From Bigelowiella natans nucleomorph (Eukaryota; Protista; Cercozoa): a stretch of 32,000 nucleotides of DNA. Position numbers and translations under genes: made by a program. Positions within the stretch are counted from its first letter, which is position 1. Every line of letters starts with the position of its first letter. The notes under the pieces were generated by a model. The model did no database searches, was not told where the DNA came from, and saw only the letters and a program-made list of their open reading frames with translations. Below, piece after piece: positions 1 through 10,071 of this stretch. The stretch spans positions 30,001 through 62,000 of the forward strand of contig DQ158857.1 of NCBI GenBank assembly GCA_000002455.1. The letters run 5' to 3'.

Positions 1-1818
1 CTCAAATAATACGATAATATCGATATCGATTATATTTTTACCTAGATAATGACTACTTGTTAGGAAAAGGTTATCGTTATTATCGTGTTCAAAATACATG
101 ATCCAAGTACTTTTCAAAACGACAAATAATTGTGAAAAGTTAGAAGTAGCTATAGATATTTCAGATCCTTTAGGTATATCCCATCTAGAGATCATATTTT
201 TTTTTGAAATCCAGAAAATGCCTTCCTTAAATACTTGAATTATGGAAGTTTCATTTAGAATACTGCAGTAAATAGTTTTGACGGATTCCTGTAATCCAGT
301 TTTATGAGATTCTTCAAAAATACTTGAATTTTTTTCATTAAATCTGAAGAAAGCACTGTAAGTATGAGTTTCAAAAGAAATAACGATCAAAAATTTGTTA
401 TCAATACCATCATAAGTATTTATACTCCATATACCTATTGGTTCGGTAGGAAGTTTGGCAGTAGCGATTTCTAAAACCCCGATACCATATTCTAGAAAGT
501 GTAAAAAAGAGTTAAATCCTGCATTCGAAGTTAGATAAATTTCTTGTGATACCGAGTTTGTCTCAAATTTGTTTATGGTTAAACTGGAAATATTTGCGAG
601 TATTTCAATTTGATTTATTATTGATAATGTACTAAGATTTCTATGAATAAAGAAGCATGGAAGAAAAATATTAGAATAATTTATAGTTGAAAAGTTGCTT
701 GATATTAAATTTTTTTTTTCTTTAATACTATTTCGTAGTCTATAAATGTAATGAAAGTTATGGTTCTCGCTTAATGCAAAAAATGTATCTAAATTAATCA
801 TATGTAAATCCGATGCAGGAATTATTGTATCTACGTACTCTAAGCTTATAAAAAAATTCCATGATTGGTTACTATTCATTTGAACTACGAAGATATCACC
901 AACACTGTTTTGAATAAAGTAGGAAATATTATTTTCTTTATTTTGTATAAAATAAGAGTATCCATTGAAAATGTTTTTTTCCAAACTTCCTATCCGCCTT
1001 GGAAAATTAATTGATAATTCTATCTGATATCTTGTTTTTATAGTTATATAGGATGAAGAAAGTAGTAAACATGCCGGCCTGATATTAATATTGTTTATTA
1101 TTGGGATTATAGTACTAAAATACAAAGGTATTTTATCAATATATGAAGTTACGAGCAATCCTAAACCCATATCAAATTCATAAAAAACTAAATACTGACA
1201 TATTTCAAAGCTATGACGAGAATTAAAGTGTGTGTTTTTTTTATCTAATTCTAGTGTTGCAAATATAGGATTTTTGAATCCATTAAATACGCATTTTAGA
1301 CAAGTTATTAGTGCATTCGACTTATGTACTTCTATTGGAAAGATCGATAAGTTATTGTTTTTTTGATTTTTATTAAGAATGTATACATATCTTAATTTAT
1401 CTAAAGAACAAATCATACATATTCTTCCGATCAAATCACTCTCTAGATAATATCCCGGGGTCATTCTTCTGCAGCCAGATCTTCCCAGAAAGTGATTAGA
1501 AATTCTTAGCCAACCTACGTTTAAATTATATTTATAAATTGAAAAGGATCCAGACCCTGAGCAAATTATTAAAAAATCCTGGCTTTGATTTAAAAATTTC
1601 AGGGCTTGTATTTGTCTAATAATACCAAAGGTAAAAGTAGAGGAAACTAGATTCATTGAAAAAAGAGAGTTTACTTTGAAAAGATCTATTAGATTAGGTA
1701 AGTATAAAATAGTACTATTTTTATCTTTAGCTAAAAAACTCCCCTTTACAATACCCTATACTATTTTATAAACTTTGTATTGTTTGCTTCGAATTATTGT
1801 AAAGTTAAACAGTTTCAT
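1..1818 (-). CDS. sf3b3: Splicing factor 3B subunit 3 (SAP130/Rse1), 3' end runs off the window
   Basis: ATG at 1818 (MKLFNFTII) and an 18-nt intron at 1756-1773 ending in an in-frame TAG. Motifs GRSGCRRMTPG, FPIEVHKSNAL, GFKNPIFATLE and FYEFDMGL match SF3B3 (GKSGCRRIVPG, SPLEAHK, GFENPMFACLE, FYELDLGL). Not in the ORF track. Confidence 0.92.
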
Positions 1819-1908
1819 TAAGTATACTGGCACAAGTATGAAAAATAAGAAGAAAATGTTAGCTCATAATAAATAATAAAAAATATAGTTGTTACTGAAT
1901 ACTAATAA

Positions 1909-2265
1909 ATGGTATAATGTATTAATAAAGGTAAAATATCCACGAAATCAAAAGAAATATTGCAAATTTTGCAAAGTTCATGTTGAAATGAAATCTTACG
2001 AATATAAACCAGGAAAAGCTTCATTAAATGCGCAGGGTAAAGTAATACATAATAGGAAAAAGACGATATGATAGAAAACAGCAAGGTTATGGAGGTCAAA
2101 CTAAGCCTGTTTTTAGGAAACAAGTAAAAAATACTAAAAAACCATCGATAAAACTTTCATGTGAAATTTGTAAGAAAGAATTTATCAAATCACTAAAAGT
2201 TTATTTATTTATATAAGAGAACTAAGAGATTTCAGATTACAATAATTACTAAAATTAATAAATGA
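1909..2265 (+). CDS. rpl44: 60S ribosomal protein eL42 (L44/L36a)
   Basis: Three 19-nt GT-AG introns (1912-1930, 2037-2055, 2199-2217). Spliced product [16 protein letters not shown]...[22 protein letters not shown]. Confidence 0.97.
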
Positions 2266-2273
2266 TTTAGTTT

Positions 2274-3360
2274 TCATATTAAAGTTTTTAGTCTTTCAAA
2301 TTTCTTACTCAGTGTAAATAAAGATTCTAAAAATAAATATTCTGGTCTTAGAGATCCAACTGATTCAAGGCAAAATAAAAAGTGATTTTTCCTTTTATAT
2401 TTACGTAGTTTTCATTAAAACAATTGTTTTGTAATAAACCTGAATTCTATGACTTAAGAATAAACCTTAAGTTTAGTACCGTTTAGAAGATGTTTGGTAT
2501 TATAGAATTTACTAAATTTTTTATTGATATTCGTCTTTTTTAAGTAAAGAAAGTTTTCTAGATTTTGTTTATAGTAAATTAAATTCTGTTACTATTATAA
2601 TACTTTAATCAATATAGTCGTAGAATAGTATAAATACCATGCAGCTGCTACTGGTGAATATTTTGAATGCTGAGTAGAATATCCTTTTTTACAATGTGCT
2701 TCTAAGAAAAGTAACTTTACAAAAATCTATACTTGTTTAGGTTTAAGTTTAGTGATAAGGATATCCTCGAAGGTCAAAAAAGAATTTTTTTTAACAATAT
2801 CTTGTTTTATCGAGAAGTATACTCTAGATTGATGCGGTATTAAGCTTCCGTATCTTCTGTATGAAAAATCTTTACAAAATACTAAAAAATATGTTAAAAC
2901 TATCTTTTGTTAATCGAAAAGAATTACAAAAATTTGAATTCTTTAAAATTAATACTACAGAATTAGTTTGATCTTTTAGACAATACACTAAAAAATAGAT
3001 TTGTACTCTTCTGAAATTGTATTTGCTTAGGATTAATTCTTAATGGGATTAATCCTATTCGATGTGCCAAAATATTATCCTTTTCTAATAGTTTTTACAT
3101 TAAGTATTGAAGTGTTCTCAAAAACATAAATATCTTCGATAGCGATCGTAGCTATTTCAGAAAGTAATATTCTTCTCATGGCATTAATTATAGAACTATC
3201 TAGACCAACTATCTCAATTTCCATGAAAAAGTTATTCAATACGAGTACCTTGAATTGAAAACCTTCTTCTACGATATGAATTTCCCAGGGTTTTTTATTA
3301 GGGTAATTTTTATAAAATTTTTTAAATACCTACTTTATTAGTCTAAACTTTGGAAGACAT
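2274..3360 (-). CDS. rpc40: RNA polymerase I/III alpha-like subunit AC40
   Basis: ATG at 3360, first 19-nt intron at 3330-3348, more tiny introns inside. Motifs INAMRRILLSEIATIAIE, NTSILN/DNILAHRIGLIP, HSKYSPVA and FCLESVGSLRPE. Confidence 0.9.
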
Positions 3361-3410
3361 GTTTTATCAGGTTTTAATTAATGTTATAATAGCAATTATA
3401 ATATTAAATT

Positions 3411-4305
3411 ATGAGTGATTTACTTAACTTAAAGATTGTAAAAAATAATCCTAAGTCACTTTGTGTTTTATTTTATCATTGCGATACTTCTTTTACACAT
3501 GCAATAAAAAATATAGTAGAAAACTCAATTATCACCCTTGCAGCCGATACCATTATGATTTTTGAAAATACTTCTAACTTTAATGATGAGTTTATTGCAC
3601 ATCGAATTGGATTAATTCCTCTTATTAGTAATACTTTATACGAGGCTTGTAATTGGGAAAAAAATCCGAAAATTGTATTTGATATTAATAAATTTTGTAA
3701 GAATAACTCTAGTTGTTTTGTATCGACTAAAGATTATAGATGCAACACTTTTAGAAATAGGGTCACTCCAATAGGTTACTCTTATTATGATAAAATAAAT
3801 CAAGAAAATAAATTTAACTTAGTGAATTATTCTCATATATTAATCTTAAAGTTAAAACAGTCGCAGGTATTAAGTATGAAAATTACTCTTAAAAAAGGTA
3901 AGGGTAGTGATCATACTAAATGGTGTTCTAATTATGGGAATATTCTTTTTCCTATACCAACAATAAGATGGAATTTGATAATGCTACTAATGATGGATAA
4001 AATGAACACTAGTTATCTATGTGATACATTATTAGATATAGTAAATATAACTAATATTCATCATAATCAAGTAATATTAAAAGTAAAAGATATTAAACAG
4101 TCATATGATCGAAAATTTACAAAATAGTAGTATTCATTCCCTTTTTGAATTCTTAAAGAGTACTAAAATAGTAAAGTTTGGAGGTTTGCAAAAAACATTC
4201 TTTAAGTTTGAATCAAATGGTTCACTTTTACCTAAATATATTTTAATTTTTAGTATGGAAGCTTTAGTAAAAAGATTAGATTGTTTTGTAAAGACCTTAT
4301 CTTAA
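3411..4305 (+). CDS. rpb3: RNA polymerase II subunit Rpb3
   Basis: NTSNFNDEFIAHRIGLIPL, LILKLKQSQVL, KGKGSDHTKW and FESNGSL. A 19-nt intron at 4071-4089 joins the two ORF-track pieces in frame. Confidence 0.88.
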
Positions 4306-4307
4306 AA

Positions 4308-4381
4308 TACAAACAATGAGATTCGAACTCATGATAACTGCGGCCTAAACGCAGCGCCTTAGACCACTCAGCCATGTTTGC
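4308..4381 (-). tRNA. trnL-UAG: tRNA-Leu(UAG) with a 5-nt variable region
   Basis: Cloverleaf GCAAACA TG GCT-GAGTGGTCTAA-GGC G CTGCG-TTTAGGC-CGCAG TTATC ATGAG-TTCGAAT-CTCAT TGTTTGT A, 74 nt. Confidence 0.93.
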
Positions 4382-4804
4382 ATGGTAGCCAATAACTATA
4401 TTAAAAGCTTACCTTCAATTTCGATTATCTTTAGATGTTGCGTTGATAAAAATGATTATCGTGGATTTATAAAAAAACTTTCAAGAAAATTGATTTTTAT
4501 TAACAATAAAATAAATGATATAAGTTTTAAAAAACAAATACAATTTCAAAACTATTATTTATTTCTCGAGAACTATTATTATGAACTCTATTTCTATGTA
4601 CTAAATAAGAAAAATGTATCTTATATTTTAAAAATCAAGCCATTTATTCTACCTCTTATTGATCTTTTTGTTAAAAAAACTAAAAGTGTCAAAGCTTTTT
4701 TGATTAATTTTGTCAAATGTATGCGAATAATAGAAGTTTTTTTATCAATAATAGATTGTAAAACTTCATCAGTATATAAAAATAGCTTTACTTTTTTTGA
4801 CTGA
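4382..4804 (+). CDS. Hypothetical protein
   Basis: 140-codon ORF starting on the base next to the tRNA-Leu 5' end. All three frames close by about 4808. No motif recognised. Confidence 0.55.
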   Translation: MVANNYIKSLPSISIIFRCCVDKNDYRGFIKKLSRKLIFINNKINDISFKKQIQFQNYYLFLENYYYELYFYVLNKKNVSYILKIKPFILPLIDLFVKKTKSVKAFLINFVKCMRIIEVFLSIIDCKTSSVYKNSFTFFD

Positions 4805-4841
4805 TTAAAAAGTAAATCTTTAATACGAATTAAGATATTTA

Positions 4842-5277
4842 ATGTCTTCTTTAAGAATTAATAAACTAAAAAATATATTTATTAAATTCGAACGAGTAAA
4901 TGATTTATTAATTAAAAAAAATATGTTTCTTATTAATATTGGAGCGTATGGAATATTATAATAGTAAATCTAAGATTTATGAAGTTTCAACTTATGAAAA
5001 TTTGAAAAGTATCTTTACAATCTCGAACTTGAAATTTGGACCTTTACTTCCCAAAATTAAATACGTGTTTAACGAGCGTGAACTCAGGATAAAGCGTCAA
5101 TATTATCAGAACAATTTGATAAAAATAATATTCCTTAACTGTTCTATGAATATTTATCCTAAGAAGTCTTTTCATTTCAGAAATCTTATTACAAAATACA
5201 TCTTTTTGTTCAAAACTACTTTCTGTTTTACTAATTATTCTGATATAATTTCCTCTGTTTCTTTGTTTTATTTTTAA
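4842..5277 (+). CDS. Hypothetical protein, faint resemblance to an RNase PH-type exosome subunit
   Basis: ATG at 4842. A 19-nt intron at 4946-4964 joins it in frame to ORF 4939-5277. Confidence 0.55.
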
Positions 5278-5316
5278 ATTTATAATAGTAAAGCTAAACA
5301 TTTTTATTTTTAATAT

Positions 5317-5832
5317 ATGGTTACAAGTAAATAAATAAAAAATAAGAATTAAAAAAATCCAGAAAAATGAGAGGTAAAAATAGTTCAGGGCATGGAAGAA
5401 TTAATAAACATAGAAAAAATCCAGGAGGAAAAGGCAAATCAGGAGGACAGCATCATCATAAGATTATTTTTGAAAGATATCGTGAAACATATTTTCGTAA
5501 AGTTAGAATAGAAGATTTTAGACTGGTATGCGAATTTATAATTTGGAAAAGACACTTAATTCAACCTTCTTGTTGAAATTTAAAGATATGCTCAAAATAA
5601 ATTTTTTTGAGGTATTCTTTTAGTTTATAAGAATCTATTATTCAACTCATATACTAGTGTTTTTTTAACTTTACTAAATTTATCCGCTTTAAGAATAAAA
5701 AAAGTTCTAGGCAATGGAATTTCAGATTTTAAAAATGCTTTAATAATAGTTAATTCTGTAGCTAAGAGTGTTAATAAAAAAGCCGTCCAAAGATCTAGTG
5801 TTATGCTAATTATTGTTAAAAATATTAATTAA
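5317..5832 (+). CDS. rpl27A: 60S ribosomal protein uL15 (L27a)
   Basis: Three tiny introns. Motifs SRKMRG...[24 protein letters not shown] and KVLGNG. Confidence 0.95.
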
Positions 5833-5859
5833 AAAGTAACTTGATTAAATTATTAATTC

Positions 5860-7464
5860 ATGATTTGCCTTGGAATTACTAAAGCTAAAGCTATCTTTAG
5901 TATATATCAAAAAATAAAAAAGATCTACGGTCCTCATGGCTTTGTCACGTTATACTTGAAAAAAGTATTATTTTTATTTGTAGAAAATAACTAAAACTAA
6001 TAATATTTATCATATGATTATAAATAGCAGCAGCTACAGCGTTAAGTTCTATTTTCTTAGCTTTGTAAAGCATTTATATAATCAAGTAAATATTTTTAAA
6101 TAGATAAATTATTATACTTTTTATATAATATCATTTTTAAATTACTTTTATCTAAAATTAATCCAGTTACAAAAAAAGTTTTTAAGAAGAATAGATTCTA
6201 AAGATGATTCCAGTAATTATTTTAAGCTTTTAAAAATTTTATACAAGAAAATAAAAAGGTATCATAAAATCAATAATAAAGTGTTCCAACAGACAAATTT
6301 TATTAATAGCTTGCAATATATTATAAGATTTAATTTAGTTAAATATTTTAGAAATAGGAAGCTAGACTACACTATACGTTTTTAGATTCTTTAATTAGAA
6401 ATATATTTGATTTAAAAAATGCTCATAAGAGAGTATTCATTAAGTATTTTGAAGGAGATCCGATGGATCGCAATTTGATTATTAATGGGTATGTATTAAA
6501 GAATATAAATGCAAAATATTTTTATGGTACTTTTGTTAAGAGTATTGTCAATCCGAAATTATTAGTAACAAGTTTCGATATTAATAAAAATTCAAATTAT
6601 CTAAATTTTAAAAAAATAAAGGGTACTGCCTTTTATTTGGATTATGTTTCAGAAGTAGAATGGATTTTGTTCTATTTTAAATTGATTAAATGTATTAGAA
6701 TAAATTGTGATTTGATATTAAGTCTAAAGGAGGTTGATGACATAGCTCATCAATTTTTTAAGGATTCTCTTATTATAGTGTTTGATAAATTAGAAAAAAA
6801 AGATTTATTTGTGGTTGCATTGTTATCTTCTGCACCGCTGATATCTGATGTAAATTCTCTGGATATTAGTGGCACTAAAAATCCATTTTGCGACCTGATG
6901 GAGATAACAAATGTAAGAATGTTATTAAAAAGATTAATAACATGGAGTACATTTTTTTCTTAGGAATTAAAAATTTTAAAGTAAAAACTGTTTTAATGAA
7001 CACCAATGAAATTTCAGATATACAGAATTTTGAAAAAAATATAATTTTAATGATATATTTATGGAAATTGTATCAGAGAAACAACGAAGTACTAAGTGGG
7101 ATCGGTAATTTAGAGCTGGCTTTGAGCATTCTGTTGAGAGAGTCAAAAAAAACTGATGATTTGTTTCTAGTATTAGTTAAAAGTATGCTAGCGTTTTCGT
7201 TTGAAGTAAAAAAATAAGAACTAGGGAATTTACAAACTTTTATTAAATAATTGTGGAGTGAATCATAAAATGGTTATTAATATAATCAAGTCATTTTTTT
7301 ATTTTAAAACTAAGAAGTGCTTTAATTTCAGTATTGATTTTGATAAATCTATTATAAATAGTCTTAAAACAAATAATTATTTAGAGCCTAACAATTTTAA
7401 GAGGAAAATTATTAAAAACATACTCTTGATTATTTTAATTAATCAAAAAACTGAGTTTATTTAA
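5860..7464 (+). CDS. cct1: Highly divergent CCT/TCP-1 chaperonin subunit, most like alpha
   Basis: IYGPHG near the N-terminus, then INGYVL, KSIVNPKL, GIGNLELALSILL (alpha GGGAVEAALSIYL) and YLEP near the C-terminus. Multiple tiny introns. Subunit assignment is tentative. Confidence 0.65.
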
Positions 7465-7494
7465 TAGGAAACGGAAAATTTATGTTTATCTCCT

Positions 7495-8133
7495 TTAATT
7501 TTTAAGTTTTTTTCCTTTTTTAATATATTCAATAAACTGTTGGCTTTTAAATTTAGTGAATCCCCTATAAAGTAGATTGTTACCAATTTTTTGAAATTTG
7601 AATAATTTGAAACCCTGATACTTTATAACATGCTTGTTTAAGAGCATTTATTACATTATCCTCATCCTTATAGCGACACCTGACACTAAGTATACTTTTA
7701 TTCTTTTTAACTCGCGCACAAATGCTCTCGGGTTTACCGAAAGAGTTTCTCATACCGGTTTGAACCCGATCAGCACCTGCTCGAGATAACATCTTATTAT
7801 TTCTCAGAATATGTAGTGGATGCATTTTTATTTTTAAATGAAACTTTTTATTCTTAATTGACTTTGTGAGATTTCTATTCATCACGATTCTCACACTTTC
7901 TAAGCATTCTGATGAAATGTTTATAGGCTGCAAACTTTTTTGTTAAAGCTTACTTTACAAGATTAATACAACATGGATAGATATTTTTTTTAGCTCTTTT
8001 GTCGCCTATATCAAACATTTTTATTTTTGATACAGGACATTTTTTACAGTACTTTGATTTTGGATAAGGTTTATTTTTTATAAATCTATAGCATTTAAAA
8101 GGCCCTATATATTTTTTTATAACTTCTTCCCAT
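7495..8133 (-). CDS. rpl10: 60S ribosomal protein uL16 (L10/QM)
   Basis: MGRRPFKCYR..KNKPYPKS, MLSRAGADRVQTGMRNSFGKP and KNWGFTK after removing three tiny introns. Confidence 0.97.
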
Positions 8134-8187
8134 ATGTTATAAATACATCTTACATATAATAAAGATTGCTGAGGCTGGTCTTGCTAA

Positions 8188-8561
8188 ATGGTAAAACATC
8201 ATTCTGATTTAATAGTATGTTTAAAACAACCAAGTCAAGGTATCGGTAGATTATGTGAAAAATGTTTTCATTTAAATAAAAGGTGAAGGTAAATGTCCAG
8301 TTTGTGATACTTATGTTCGACCAAAGTTAATTATTCATCTATGTAATGACTGTAGTTTTGGAGACGTAAGTAAAAGATGCCTCATTTGTGGAGATTTGGG
8401 TATATCCGATGCTTATTATTGTAGTGCTTGTGTATTGTTGGAGAAAGATGTAATATTTAACGACTTAGAGAGATGGATGTCCTAGGGTAATTAATATAGG
8501 GTCGTCAAGAGCTGATACTTTCTATAATAGAAATTCTAAGGGACTAAAGAAAAAATATTAA
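8188..8561 (+). CDS. phf5a: PHF5A/Rds3, SF3b zinc-knot subunit
   Basis: 19-nt introns at 8264-8282 and 8450-8468. Product [31 protein letters not shown]...SDAYYC...[16 protein letters not shown]. Absent from the ORF track. Confidence 0.97.
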
Positions 8562-8590
8562 AATAATTTGTTATTGAAATTATAAAAAAA

Positions 8591-8995
8591 TTAGTTGATA
8601 TCTGCTAATTCCCATACAAAAAAATCTTCATAACTGTTGATCATTTTTTTACCTACCGTCTGAAAAATATCTTCTAATCTTTAGTGGAATCTTATTTTCT
8701 CTATATTCTTTCAAGGCAATCTAATAAATGATATTTTACTAAAAGAGGGTCTGTTTCACCTTCTAGTGGTACTGTTGGTGGATTTCCGTTACTATTTATA
8801 TTTTGATAACCTTATTTGTTTAGCTCTAACTCCTAGTAATTTAGCCTTTTCGAACTTACTGATGAAAGGATACGAGAATCTTTTGATTGGTTGTCGTAAG
8901 TAATTTTTACCAATACTATTCTTGATTTCAGATTCATTATCGGAAGATGAAAAAATTTTTAATGATGTATTGAAGTTTTTTTGTGATGGTTGCAT
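8591..8995 (-). CDS. rpb6: Shared RNA polymerase subunit Rpb6
   Basis: SKFEKAKLLGVRAKQI, GETDPLLIALKE, KIPLKIRRYFSDG and YEDF. Three tiny introns. Confidence 0.95.
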
Positions 8996-9101
8996 TAAGG
9001 ACTTATTATTAATTATACAACTGATTTTTATTTTATTTTAGTTATAGGTAAAGTAATATTTTAATGAAAAATTATGATTGGCTTCCGTATTAGAATAAGT
9101 T

Positions 9102-9374
9102 ATGAGTGAATTATTAATTTGGATAACAAATAAAATGGGAGAAAAGTTTCAAATTATTTGCAAGTAATAGGTTTTTTTTAGATCGACTGATACAGTATTA
9201 GAGTTGAAGAAAATTATTGCTCTTTATAGAAATACCGACTGGAGACGAATGAATTTGATTAAAAAGTTTAAATTTTTAAATAGCTCCGTTTATTTAATAG
9301 ATTTTCTTACTTTAGAAGACTACGAAATTAATAATGAATCTTGTATAGAGTGTGTGGATTCATTAAATATGTAA
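9102..9374 (+). CDS. hub1: Ubiquitin-like splicing modifier Hub1/UBL5
   Basis: 18-nt introns at 9164-9181 and 9266-9283. Product ...NKMGEKFQIICKSTDTVLELKKIIA..TDWRRMNL..LTLEDYEI matches UBL5 (NDRLGKKV.VKC..DDTIGDLKKLIA..T.W...LGDYEIH). Confidence 0.88.
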
Positions 9375-9507
9375 TTACAAGGACTACCTTATGGTCTAAT
9401 TTTTTGAAATTCATCAAAAGCTCAAATATTTTTCTTGAAGGTAAATGTGTTTTACAGAGTAATCTTTTTTTAGGACTATAAAGAACTCTAAACTAATCCA
9501 ACAATGA

Positions 9508-9580
9508 TACTCTCAATGGGATTTGAACCCACGACTTGCGGTTCATAAGACCACCGCTCTACCATCTGAGCTATGAGAGC
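9508..9580 (-). tRNA. trnI-UAU: tRNA-Ile(UAU), intronless
   Basis: GCTCTCA TA GCTC-AGATGGTA-GAGC G GTGGT-CTTATGA-ACCGC AAGTC GTGGG-TTCAAAT-CCCAT TGAGAGT A. Confidence 0.95.
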
Positions 9581-9586
9581 ATTAAA

Positions 9587-9672
9587 TTCGAGTCCATCTC
9601 CTTAACCACTCGGACACAGACGCGTAGCCGCGCCTGACAGGATTCGAACCTGTGCGGTAAAAACCAATGGAT
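9587..9672 (-). tRNA. trnS-CGA: Circularly permuted tRNA-Ser(CGA)
   Basis: The 3' half (9672-9629: A TCCAT TGGTTTTTACCG C ACAGG-TTCGAAT-CCTGT CAGGCGC G) precedes a 5-nt linker GCTAC and the 5' half (9623-9587: GCGTCTG TG TCCGAGTGGTTAAGGA G ATGGA CT CGA A). Acceptor and anticodon stems pair fully; long variable arm and G73 fit Ser. Confidence 0.93.
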
Positions 9673-9920
9673 TAATCTTAACTATTACAATTCTATTAAT
9701 ACATAGACTTCCATGATTAAGCATAGCTACACTATATGAAACTGCATTTCGTAGTCTTTTTTTTGAATTTCTCATTTGAGTGTTATATTGAGTTCGTATT
9801 AATACATTATCAATATGCCATACCATTTTGTTCTAGTTAATATATAAATTAAGTATAATATTTTTTCGATAACTTCACTTTAAATGTGAAAAATAAGTTG
9901 GAGTGCATAGTGGCTTTAAT

Positions 9921-10018
9921 AGCAGAAATCCTGCAAAAATTATGTCGTGGGTATATAAAATCCCTGAACTTAGATTAGTTAAAGAAAATTCAGAACAATT
10001 TCCCGACCAGGTAAGTAC
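9921..10018 (-). ncRNA. Miniaturised U1 snRNA
   Basis: 5' GTACTTACCTGG, closing helix GTCG (10007-10004) with CGAC (9947-9944), Sm site AATTTTTG (9941-9934) and terminal hairpin GCAG-GATTT-CTGC, in the canonical U1 order. Confidence 0.85.
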
Positions 10019-10071
10019 GATTTGTATATTATTGCTTTATATCAAATAATTTACATTTATTTAATACTTAG

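Noticed and set aside
1902-2123. Antisense ORFs in the track (also 5044-5301, 17101-17445, 17575-17784, 17741-17929, 21329-21562, 22329-22683)
   Set aside because: They are shadows of well-supported genes on the opposite strand.
4308-4381. Reassignment of CUN codons by the short-arm UAG tRNA
   Set aside because: CTA encodes conserved leucines in this window (KVLG in uL15, SLGP in CCT, CPL in Mak16), so the standard code holds.
9715-9750. GCAGTTTC and GCTTAATC antisense to 18S rRNA, as in a U14-like snoRNA
   Set aside because: The matches are short and there are no framing C and D boxes.
9602-9826. 74-aa ORF on the minus strand
   Set aside because: Its 3' part is the permuted tRNA and no motif is recognisable. 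The 9673-9899 gap remains unexplained.
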